Of a stretch of DNA of 64,000 bases, positions 31,025 through 39,393 are shown in pieces. Below the pieces are notes generated by a model. It ran no database searches and was not told the origin of the DNA. It saw only the letters and a list, made by a program, of their open reading frames with translations. The DNA is from Paracoccaceae bacterium. Its GTDB lineage: Bacteria; Pseudomonadota; Alphaproteobacteria; Rhodobacterales; Rhodobacteraceae. A program made the position numbers and the translations under genes. Position 1 is the first letter of the stretch; each line of letters begins with the position of its first letter. The stretch lies in assembly GCA_024227475.1 (NCBI GenBank), contig JAAEUI010000235.1, positions 5,210-69,209 on the forward strand, read 5' to 3'.

Positions 31025-32103
31025 GCCTGTTTTCCCGCGTTGCCCGCCGCGCTGCCCTCCCGGCCTTCTGCTCTGCTCCGCGTGCCCACCCCAAGGGCAT
31101 GGCACCAGTGCGCCGCCAGGAAGAAGAGGAGGCCCAGCCCCTGCGCCGACAGGAGGAAGAGGAGGCACAGACCCTGCGCCGGCAGGAGGAAGAGGAAGCT
31201 CAGCCGCTGAGCCGACAAGAGGAAGATGAGGCACAACCCTTGCGCCGTCAGGAAGAGGAAGAAGGGGAAGCTCAAGCCGTGCGGCGGCAGGAGGAGGAAG
31301 AGGCGCAGGCTTTACGGCGTCAGGGAGAGGAAGAAGAACCGGCTCAACCGCTGCGCAGGATGGAAGAAGAGGAAGCCCAGGCGCTGCGTCGCCAGGAAGA
31401 AGAGGAGGCCCAGCCATTACGCCGGCAGGAAGAGGAAGAAGAAGCCGCCCAGACGCTGCGTCGGCAAGAGGAGGAAGAGGAAGCTCAACCGCTGCGCCGA
31501 CAAGATGAGGAGGAAGCTCAACCACTACACCGGATGGAAGAAGAAGAGGCAGCACAGTCCTTGCGACGCCAGGAAGAGGAAGAGGAGGCCGCCCAACTGC
31601 TGCGCCGCCAGGAGGAAGAAAAGGAAGAACTTCAGACCCTGCGCCGGATGGAAGAAGAGGAGGAAGCAGCCCAGCCCATGCGCCGCCTGACACCACCCGC
31701 AGCGGCTCAAATGGACGCGGAAAACAACCCTGCACCGGCAGAAATGTCAGCAGAACCGGAGCCTGGGGAAATGCAGGCCTTGCGCCGTGATGCCGTTCCT
31801 GCAGGAGATTCCGGGCAAGGGGCAGGCAGCGGCGGGATGGCCACTGGCGGTGAAGCCGGGTTTCCGCCTTTGGCTGGTGAACGCCCGTTTGCCGTACCGC
31901 ACGACGGTGTGCCTGATTTCAATGCCACGCAACCCCGCGATTCCGCCACACCACTTCAAACCCTGTCAACCGAGCGCCCGCGCGTCACCATCGAACAGGT
32001 CGACGTTGTGATCCACGAACCCAGTGCTCCGGCGACGAAACCGGCAAGCTCCCTGTCCGGTTTCGCCGCGACTGCCCGCGCCCGCTACCTCGGGGGGTTG
32101 TGA
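31021..32103 (+). CDS. Acidic tandem-repeat protein (16 x ~11-13 aa xLRRQEEEEAQ)
   Basis: Repeats at 31105-31686; ATGA overlap with upstream gene; C-terminal RPRVTIEQVDVVI beta-motif. Confidence 0.8.
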   Translation: MSLFSRVARRAALPAFCSAPRAHPKGMAPVRRQEEEEAQPLRRQEEEEAQTLRRQEEEEAQPLSRQEEDEAQPLRRQEEEEGEAQAVRRQEEEEAQALRRQGEEEEPAQPLRRMEEEEAQALRRQEEEEAQPLRRQEEEEEAAQTLRRQEEEEEAQPLRRQDEEEAQPLHRMEEEEAAQSLRRQEEEEEAAQLLRRQEEEKEELQTLRRMEEEEEAAQPMRRLTPPAAAQMDAENNPAPAEMSAEPEPGEMQALRRDAVPAGDSGQGAGSGGMATGGEAGFPPLAGERPFAVPHDGVPDFNATQPRDSATPLQTLSTERPRVTIEQVDVVIHEPSAPATKPASSLSGFAATARARYLGGL

Positions 32104-32106
32104 GTT

Positions 32107-33150
32107 ATGCCGACACCCGTCTCCTCCCTTTCGATTGCCATTCAGGAGTTCGCCGAGTTCCTTGACAGCAAGTTCGGCGAGGATGTGGTGGTGACGGTCG
32201 ATACCGCGCAAAAGGCGCAGGACAAAGCCAAGGATTCCGCTGCCGACATACTCAACGTATTCGTTTATCGGCTCGCACCTTCGGGGTTTCATGCCAGCGC
32301 GGGGCATCAGGATCAACTGTTCCTGCGGGCCAGTATTCTGCTCACCGCATTCCCCCGTGGTGCCGCAGAACCAGAACCCGATCTTGATCTCCGGGTTCTG
32401 GGCCACGCCCTCGCTGTTTTGCAGAGCTTCCCGGTTATCCCGGTTGAACTGCCCGGTGTTGCCCCGCCCGGCCCGGGTGAGGATTTCCGCAAGCTTGAAC
32501 ATATCACCTACAAACTCGACGCCGTTCTTCAGGCCCCGACGATGGAAGAGATGAACCACATCTGGACCACGCAGGGCGGTGATCTGGCGTATCGGCTGTC
32601 TGCGGCCTATGAGCTGGCACTGATCCCGATTGAACCTTTGAGCCACAGGATTGAAGCCCCGCCGGCGCGGGCCGCAATCCTCGGGGTCGCGGCAAGTTCC
32701 CAACCGACTATTGGGCCTGACGGGCTGGTCAGGACCGAAGCCGGGGACATCGGAATTCCACTGGCCGGTGAAACCAAAGATACGCCACCAGGTGCCAATT
32801 GGCTGCCAATCCAGTTATTCAGCGATGCCGGTGAGCTGTCCTCTGTGCGGGATGTCGCGGGTGGAACTGCAAACGTTGATGTGGCGCTGACAGGACAGGA
32901 ATCGGAAAAGGTTGCCCTGAGCGTGGACTGGACCCGCGATGACGGCACAACGGATGTTCAGGCGGTGCAGAATTTCACCGTCAGTGCGATCCGGCCGGAT
33001 GATCCGGCAGCGATTGTTTCGGTTGCCCTTATAAATGCAGCTGTTGGCGACACTGCGACGCTGACAACGGTTCCGGCACTTGCCAATGGTGATCCGGTTC
33101 CCGACGCCCCTAACGGCAATGTGCTTACACTGACAGTGGGAGGGGGATGA
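32107..33150 (+). CDS. DUF4255 / Pvc16-like tail terminator (cap) with C-terminal extension
   Basis: LNVFVYRL, LLTAF, LRVLGHAL, EEMNHIW, YRLSAAYE. Confidence 0.78.
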   Translation: MPTPVSSLSIAIQEFAEFLDSKFGEDVVVTVDTAQKAQDKAKDSAADILNVFVYRLAPSGFHASAGHQDQLFLRASILLTAFPRGAAEPEPDLDLRVLGHALAVLQSFPVIPVELPGVAPPGPGEDFRKLEHITYKLDAVLQAPTMEEMNHIWTTQGGDLAYRLSAAYELALIPIEPLSHRIEAPPARAAILGVAASSQPTIGPDGLVRTEAGDIGIPLAGETKDTPPGANWLPIQLFSDAGELSSVRDVAGGTANVDVALTGQESEKVALSVDWTRDDGTTDVQAVQNFTVSAIRPDDPAAIVSVALINAAVGDTATLTTVPALANGDPVPDAPNGNVLTLTVGGG

Positions 33151-33151
33151 C

Positions 33152-34528
33152 ATGACCGCTCTTGCTGAACAAAAGAACATTTCCGCGGCTCTGCTCGATG
33201 CGGAGTGGGACCGGATGCTGTGTTTGCTGGAACTGGCAGAAGCAGTGCGGACTGGCGACACCCTGGACGATGCGTTTTCCGAGCGGTTCCAGGCGGTAAG
33301 TGATGAAGTGGAAACAGCGCGCACGGCGGGGGCATGGCTTGGCCTGGTCGAGGCGATGCCGCGCGACACGCTGGACGAACTGACGCGGATGGACATTGAT
33401 CTGCTGGTTCTTGCGCTGGCTCCGGTGGCGCGGCCAACATTGGCACCGCGCATCCAGTCGCTGCAGCCGCAAATGGCGCAGCCCTGGGCCGCCGTGCCTT
33501 TGGCGCAGGAACTCCTGATGGTCGAAGGCGCTGCAGATGTGGCGCTGATGTTTGATCGCCTGCATCCCACTGCACCTTTGGTTGCGGCCGGTCTTATCAA
33601 GGTTGAGGGCACAACGCCGTCCCAGATCATCCGTCCCGGCCCACTGCTGATCAAATGTCTGCTGGGGCGCGACGCGGAACTTGCCCCACCACCCGGGGCC
33701 ACGCTTTCGGATCGTCGTGGCCGCTGGGACCAGCTGATCCTGCCACGGGCGACACTGCGGCATTTGCAGGATTTCACTGATTGGGTCGAACACGCCAAAA
33801 CCCTGACGCGGGATTGGGGCGCAGAGCCGATCCACGGGCCGCTTGGTCTGTTTTCCGGCGCGTCGGGCACTGGCAAGACCTTTGCTGCCAGCGTGATCGC
33901 AGCCTCCCTCAGCGAAAAAACCGGCGAACGCTGGTCGCTTTATACCCTCGATCTGGGCCGGATCATGTCGAAATACGTGGGCGAGACTGAGGCCAATCTG
34001 AACGCACTCCTGGACGCTCTTGAGGGCCGGAACGCCCTGTTACAGATCGACGAGGCCGACGGATTGCTCGGAAAACGAGGAGAGGTTTCCGATGCGAGGG
34101 ACAGGTACGCCAACCTTGAGGTCAGCCACATGCTGTCGCGGTTCGAACGCCACGTCGGGCCGGTCATTCTGACGACTAACCTGCGCTCCAACGTCGATGC
34201 CGCCTTCCTGCGCCGGTTCCAGATGGTCGTGGATTTTCCTGCCCCGGACGCCACAGCACGGGGCCAGTTGTGGCAGGTTCTGCTGCCCCCGGAAGCGCCA
34301 AAGGCAGAGCGGCTGGACCTGGTTGAAATCGGCAGTGCGGTGCGTCTGTCGGGTGGTTCGATCCAGAACGCGGCCAATTACGCCTCGGTTCTTGCGGCTG
34401 CCAAGGGCGCTCCAATCGACCTGCCCCAAATCGCCCGCGCCGCCTGGGCCGAGCTGAACAAAGACTCCCGGCAAGTGCGCAAAAACGAAATCGGCTTTCT
34501 GCAGGACTATCTGGAGGATCGGTCATGA
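33152..34528 (+). CDS. eCIS AAA+ ATPase (Afp15/Pvc15-like)
   Basis: WDQLILP, GASGTGKT, SKYVGETE, IDEAD, DARDRYANLEV, AFLRRF. Confidence 0.92.
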   Translation: MTALAEQKNISAALLDAEWDRMLCLLELAEAVRTGDTLDDAFSERFQAVSDEVETARTAGAWLGLVEAMPRDTLDELTRMDIDLLVLALAPVARPTLAPRIQSLQPQMAQPWAAVPLAQELLMVEGAADVALMFDRLHPTAPLVAAGLIKVEGTTPSQIIRPGPLLIKCLLGRDAELAPPPGATLSDRRGRWDQLILPRATLRHLQDFTDWVEHAKTLTRDWGAEPIHGPLGLFSGASGTGKTFAASVIAASLSEKTGERWSLYTLDLGRIMSKYVGETEANLNALLDALEGRNALLQIDEADGLLGKRGEVSDARDRYANLEVSHMLSRFERHVGPVILTTNLRSNVDAAFLRRFQMVVDFPAPDATARGQLWQVLLPPEAPKAERLDLVEIGSAVRLSGGSIQNAANYASVLAAAKGAPIDLPQIARAAWAELNKDSRQVRKNEIGFLQDYLEDRS

Positions 34529-34746
34529 GGATCAGACGTCTGCGCATAATCCTGCCGCCGCATCTGAAAGACACCGCGCACCACGATGCCCGCGCCATCG
34601 CCGAGGCGGTGGGGCAGGCGCTTGCCGGGCGCAAAGGTGATCCCGGACCGGTGACGGTGAACCTGCAGGGGCAGGGCCAGGCCGGGGCGGTTCTGGCCTC
34701 ACAGGTCGGGGCGCAGTTGGCGAAAGGAGGACGCAATGGCGGTTGA
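34525..34746 (+). CDS. Small eCIS hypothetical protein
   Basis: RBS GGAGG; overlaps both neighbours; IRRLRIILP motif. Confidence 0.65.
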   Translation: MRIRRLRIILPPHLKDTAHHDARAIAEAVGQALAGRKGDPGPVTVNLQGQGQAGAVLASQVGAQLAKGGRNGG

Positions 34747-35368
34747 AACACGCGGAGTGCTGTTTGAATACGGATTGTCGATTCCACCACTCGCGCTGGT
34801 CTTCAATTTCAACCCTCAGGAAATCAGCCGGTCGCGCACAGTGACAGTCAAAACCGGCAATGCGCCGGGCTCGCGGGGGGGGTATGACTTTTTGTCACCA
34901 CTGGAAACCAGCCGCGTGGCGCAGGGTGTCGAAATGAATGCCGAGAGTTTCTCAATCGATATTTTGCTTGATGCCACAGACGCTCTTAACGATGGCGAAG
35001 CGATTGCCAAAACCTTTGGCGTGCAACCGCAGATCGATACTCTGCGTTCCATGGCGGAGCCAAAATCGCAGGGTCCTGGTGGCGTTAAGGTGCTGTCTTC
35101 GCTGGGTTTATCCGGCACTCGTGCCTTTGAGAAACAGGAAACCGCCAGCGTGCTGGTGTTCGCCTGGGGCATGCAGTTGCTGCCGGTGTTCCTGACCGGC
35201 GTGACGCAAAAGGAAAGCATGCACCTGCCCAACCTGATGCCATACCGGGCGCAGATGGGGCTGACCATGCAGGTGATCGAAAGCGCCAACCCGTTCTTCC
35301 TGGCCGATAAGGTGCGCCAGACAGTGGGTGCGGCTCTCAATCTGGTAAGCGGCTTTCAGACAGGATAG
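34736..35368 (+). CDS. CIS tube-initiator protein (Afp7/Pvc7-like)
   Basis: FNFNPQEISR, VLVFAWG, PYRA motifs. Confidence 0.75.
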   Translation: MAVETRGVLFEYGLSIPPLALVFNFNPQEISRSRTVTVKTGNAPGSRGGYDFLSPLETSRVAQGVEMNAESFSIDILLDATDALNDGEAIAKTFGVQPQIDTLRSMAEPKSQGPGGVKVLSSLGLSGTRAFEKQETASVLVFAWGMQLLPVFLTGVTQKESMHLPNLMPYRAQMGLTMQVIESANPFFLADKVRQTVGAALNLVSGFQTG

Positions 35369-35373
35369 GACAC

Positions 35374-35706
35374 ATGGCTTTCTTCAAAGGTTCATATTAC
35401 GAAAAGCTCAAGGTTTTTGACCCGGCCGAAGATGGCTCGACTCCGTTTCGCGGTGTTCGTGCCCGCCCGATCGCTGATCCCGAACCGATCCTGGAACACG
35501 CAGTGGCGGTGAACGATCGGCTCGATGCTCTGGCGCAGCACTACTATGCCAATCCGCGCGACTGGCGGCGGATGGTGGATTGCAACCCCTTTGCCCTTTT
35601 CCCCGAAGACTTGATTTACGACGAAGACACCCCACCGCGCGACCAGCCGCTGACTGACAAGCTGGGCAATGTGGTTCTGGTGCCCCGCAGAAGGGATGGC
35701 CGCTAG
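35374..35706 (+). CDS. LysM-like baseplate protein
   Basis: DRLDALAQHYYANPRDWRRMVDCNP. Confidence 0.75.
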   Translation: MAFFKGSYYEKLKVFDPAEDGSTPFRGVRARPIADPEPILEHAVAVNDRLDALAQHYYANPRDWRRMVDCNPFALFPEDLIYDEDTPPRDQPLTDKLGNVVLVPRRRDGR

Positions 35707-36876
35707 ATGTCGCTCCTGTCAAACCTTCTGGATCCGGGTTTCCGTCAGGCGGCTTCGCTCATTATCGAGGTTGGCACTTCGCCAGCCGATATCGGTGATC
35801 TGGCCAATCTGGCGGCTTCTGTCGAATTGCAGATCGGCCGCGCTGAAGCTTCCATCGGGACCATCACCTTTGATGACCGGCGCAAGGAAGACGGCCAGTG
35901 GATGGTCGCAGACAGCGGATTGTTCGCCCGCTGGGAGCCGATCCTGATCACCACCGATTTTCAGACCCATACCGAAGAGGTTTTTCGCGGTTACATCACC
36001 CAGCTTAAACCGCAGTTGCCGCAAAACGGCGGCGAGGCCAAACTGGTGTTGGAACTGCAGGATGACAGCGCCGCCCTGAACCGCGAACAGATGCGCACGG
36101 TCTGGGGTAAAGACGCACCGATGACCGACAAGGATATCCTGTCCGATCTGATATCAACCCTGCCGTTGTCGGCCCATGCAGACAGCGCTGACGGGCAATC
36201 GTCCCGCTCGCTGTCACAGGACGCGACACCGATTCAGTTCTTGCGCGAACGAGCCAAGGCAAATGGCTATGAGATCCTGTTTCAGGAGGGCGAGGTCTAT
36301 TTTGGCCCCATGCGGCTGGAGGGTGAAGCCCAGTCGCCGATCATGGTTTACGCCGGTTCCGCGACCAACTGCCTGAATTGGGCGGTTGCCGATGATGCAC
36401 AAAAACCCGATGCGGTTGGCTTTGAGCACGCGCCGCGCGAGGAGGGGGCCGAGCCAGTTGTCGAAGTTGTCACGCCGGATCAACCTTTGCTGGGCACAAC
36501 AGAAGCGGCGGCAGAAGGCGCCGGACTGGGCACGCCGTCGATCTGGCGAATATCCAAAGAAGGCGACGAAACCGAAGAAGAGACCCGCGCCCGCGCCGTC
36601 GCCCTGGCCAATGAAAACAGCTTTAAGATTCGCGCCACCGGCGAGTTGGATGGAACGCTTTACGGCCATGTCCTGCGTGTTGGCGCAGTGGTCCAGGTGG
36701 ATGGCACCGGCGAGCGCAACGGGGGCCTCTACTACGTCGACAAGGTATCCCATGCTTTCACGCCAGACGGCTATCGCCAGAGTTTTGAACTGATCCGCAA
36801 CGCAACAGGCGACAGTGATGCGCCCGGTGCCGCGCCGGTTTCCAACACATTTTCGGCCATTGCGAGCCTGTTCTAG
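35707..36876 (+). CDS. Baseplate hub (gp27 / late control D-like)
   Basis: QFLRERAKANGY, VYFGP, GLYYVDKVSH. Confidence 0.82.
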   Translation: MSLLSNLLDPGFRQAASLIIEVGTSPADIGDLANLAASVELQIGRAEASIGTITFDDRRKEDGQWMVADSGLFARWEPILITTDFQTHTEEVFRGYITQLKPQLPQNGGEAKLVLELQDDSAALNREQMRTVWGKDAPMTDKDILSDLISTLPLSAHADSADGQSSRSLSQDATPIQFLRERAKANGYEILFQEGEVYFGPMRLEGEAQSPIMVYAGSATNCLNWAVADDAQKPDAVGFEHAPREEGAEPVVEVVTPDQPLLGTTEAAAEGAGLGTPSIWRISKEGDETEEETRARAVALANENSFKIRATGELDGTLYGHVLRVGAVVQVDGTGERNGGLYYVDKVSHAFTPDGYRQSFELIRNATGDSDAPGAAPVSNTFSAIASLF

Positions 36877-36888
36877 GAGGAAAGACAT

Positions 36889-37716
36889 ATGCCGGAAGAT
36901 TTCGGGGTCGTTGAAAAGACCATTCGTCAGCAAAAGACGAAATACTACGGAAAATACCGCGCCTTCGTGGTGGATAACGAAGACCCGGAAGGGCTGGGCC
37001 GGGTGACGTTGAAAATCCCTTCGGTTTTGGGTGAAGAGGACAGCGACTGGGCCTTGCCCTGCACGCCCTATGGTGGGGCCTGCGATCTTGGCTTCCTGAT
37101 GGTGCCACCGCCCGATGCGCAGGTGGTGGCGGAATTTCTGGAGGGCGACCCGTCCTCTCCAATGTGGACCGGCACCTTCTGGCGCAAACAGGATGAGCTG
37201 CCCGCTGAATATACCGATGGCGAGGGGCCGAAGATCAAAGTTCTGAAAACCGATTCCGGCCACTTCCTGACCTTTCAGGATAAGGAAGGCGAGGAACAGA
37301 TCACCCTGAAGGCCGCGACAGAAGCCGAGATGATCCTTGATCCGGACGGCTCTATCATCCTGACAGATCAGGCCGGGGCCAAGGTCACCCTTGACGCGGC
37401 TGGTTCGGAACTGCTGGTTGAAGATGCCAACGGCAATTCGATTGTGATGTCCTCGACCGGGATCACCTGCACCGACGCCAGCGGTAACGAGATCAAAACG
37501 GCAGGCTCTGGCGTCGATATCAAAAGCTCCGCTGTTGTGAACGTCGAAGGATCAATGGTCACCATCGCCGGGTCCGGCGGTGAACCCTTGGTCAAGGGCA
37601 CCACTTTCATGACCATGTTCAACACCCATACACACGTTAGCCCTGTCGGCCCGACCAGCCCGCCGGTTGTGCCGCTGACCCCCGCTGCCCTGACCATGAA
37701 ATCGACAGCCCAATGA
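36889..37716 (+). CDS. Spike, baseplate assembly protein V (gp5-like)
   Basis: YYGKYRAFVVDNEDPEGLGRV, WALPC, EFLEGDP..P.W.G, terminal NTHTH. Confidence 0.9.
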   Translation: MPEDFGVVEKTIRQQKTKYYGKYRAFVVDNEDPEGLGRVTLKIPSVLGEEDSDWALPCTPYGGACDLGFLMVPPPDAQVVAEFLEGDPSSPMWTGTFWRKQDELPAEYTDGEGPKIKVLKTDSGHFLTFQDKEGEEQITLKAATEAEMILDPDGSIILTDQAGAKVTLDAAGSELLVEDANGNSIVMSSTGITCTDASGNEIKTAGSGVDIKSSAVVNVEGSMVTIAGSGGEPLVKGTTFMTMFNTHTHVSPVGPTSPPVVPLTPAALTMKSTAQ

Positions 37717-38114
37717 CCGACCAGCCAACCCATAACCTGCCGCGCGCGCAATACATGGCCTTCCCGTTCCGCATGGGAGACGAAGGCGCGGACACCGTGG
37801 CCCGGTTTGCCCATATCCGCCAGCAGGTAGAACAGGTGATTTTTACCTCGCCGGGCGAGCGGGTGTTTCGCCCCGAATTCGGCTTTGGCGCCCGGCGACA
37901 TGTGTTTGAGCCCAACAGTACCGCGCTTTGGGAATACGCGCAGAACCGGCTTTACGGCACTTTGGCCGAGGCACTGGCCGGTGAGGTCGACCCCAAAACA
38001 CTCAAAGTTACGGTTGGTCCGGGTGATGGGCAACCTGAGGTTCTGATGGTGCGGATATCCTACGTGATCGCCGCACTGCAGAAAGAAGAAACCCATGAAA
38101 TCGCAGTGGGATAG
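37713..38114 (+). CDS. gp25/GPW sheath initiator
   Basis: FPF, FTSPGERVFRPEFG. Confidence 0.88.
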   Translation: MTDQPTHNLPRAQYMAFPFRMGDEGADTVARFAHIRQQVEQVIFTSPGERVFRPEFGFGARRHVFEPNSTALWEYAQNRLYGTLAEALAGEVDPKTLKVTVGPGDGQPEVLMVRISYVIAALQKEETHEIAVG

Positions 38115-38130
38115 AAAGGACTGAATCGCA

Positions 38131-39393
38131 ATGGCTGAACTGGCCCCGGCAGACCTGATCTTCGACGGCAATTGCCCTGATTGCGGCGAGCGCTCTGCCG
38201 TTCTACCTCTCCCGATTCCCGGTGTGGAAGATGATTTTGACTGGAAGGCGCGGGATTATGACAGCTTCCGCTTGTTCATGATGCAGGAACTCGCCAGCCG
38301 GTTCCCGCAGCGCCGCCGCTGGACCTCTGCGGACATGGAAGTGGTGATTGTCGAGGCACTTTCCGCCGGGCTGGACCGGGCCAGCCATGCGGTTGACCGG
38401 GTGCAGGCGGAGCGGTTCCTGGATACAGCACGGCGGCCCGAAAGCTTGCGGCGCCTGCTCAGGATCATCGGCTATGACGCGGTGCAGAAAACGCCCAAGT
38501 CAACGCTCGACAGCCTGCGCGATGCAGAACAGAAACGCTTTGACGCCCTGTCCTCCGAACAACAGGACGAACAGGGGCTGCGGCCTGATGCGGTGCTGGT
38601 CGAAAACTACTGGCGCGAACGACCCGAGGTCATGGAAATGGCCCGCTGGGAAGGCCCGCGCCTGATCGCCGAACAACGCCGGATGGTCACGCTGGCGGAT
38701 CATGCGACCACATTGCAAGCGCACCCGCTGGTAGCGCTGGCCCGAGCCAAGCTGGTCTGGACCGGGGCGTGGTCCACGGTTCTGGTGTCGGTTTTGTTGG
38801 AGGATGGCATTCACCCTGACGGTGCACTGCACGATCCTGATCCCGGCAATCCGGACCCGGAGTTTGCCAGCAACATCCGCCGCGAACTGTGGGAAGAGAT
38901 CGTGAAATGGCACGATGATGAACACCTGCCCCTGCCGCCCATCGACGAGAACCTGACTGGTCGGCGCATCCTGCGCAGCCTGATCGACCAGTTCCGCCTG
39001 ATCGGCACCGAGGTATTTCTGGAAGAAGCGCGAGCCGCCTCGATCACCATGACCCTCTCAGTGCGGGCAAAACCGGGTTATTTTCGCTCCGAACTCAGGC
39101 AGGCGCTAGAACAGGTGTTTGCTGCGGATCAGGGCGCCTTCTTTGAACCGGGTCGGTTGGAATTCGGCGAAGCGCTTTACGCGTCCGATGTGATCGAAGC
39201 GGCGATGGGCGTGGAAGGTGTGGCGGTGGCCTGCCTCAATCTGTTCCGCCGCGTCGGCAAAGGCTTTGAAGACCAGTCTGCCGATGGCGTGATCAAAATC
39301 GAAGAGGATGAGTACATCCGCTGCATGAACAACCGGTCCCGCCCGGATCACGGCACCTTCCGCATCCTCGTCAACGCAGGAGAAGCCGGATGA
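38131..39393 (+). CDS. Baseplate wedge protein (baseplate J-like)
   Basis: ARDYDSFR, ERFLDTARRPESLRRL, RMVTLAD, LYASDV. Confidence 0.8.
   Translation: MAELAPADLIFDGNCPDCGERSAVLPLPIPGVEDDFDWKARDYDSFRLFMMQELASRFPQRRRWTSADMEVVIVEALSAGLDRASHAVDRVQAERFLDTARRPESLRRLLRIIGYDAVQKTPKSTLDSLRDAEQKRFDALSSEQQDEQGLRPDAVLVENYWRERPEVMEMARWEGPRLIAEQRRMVTLADHATTLQAHPLVALARAKLVWTGAWSTVLVSVLLEDGIHPDGALHDPDPGNPDPEFASNIRRELWEEIVKWHDDEHLPLPPIDENLTGRRILRSLIDQFRLIGTEVFLEEARAASITMTLSVRAKPGYFRSELRQALEQVFAADQGAFFEPGRLEFGEALYASDVIEAAMGVEGVAVACLNLFRRVGKGFEDQSADGVIKIEEDEYIRCMNNRSRPDHGTFRILVNAGEAG

Noticed and set aside
31105-31686. CRISPR array or non-coding repeat
   Set aside because: Units are in-frame, degenerate at third positions, have no unique spacers, and no cas genes are present
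30674-31735. 353-aa minus-strand Pro/Leu-rich ORF and the basic ORF at 31226-31690
   Set aside because: Shadow frames of the repeat gene
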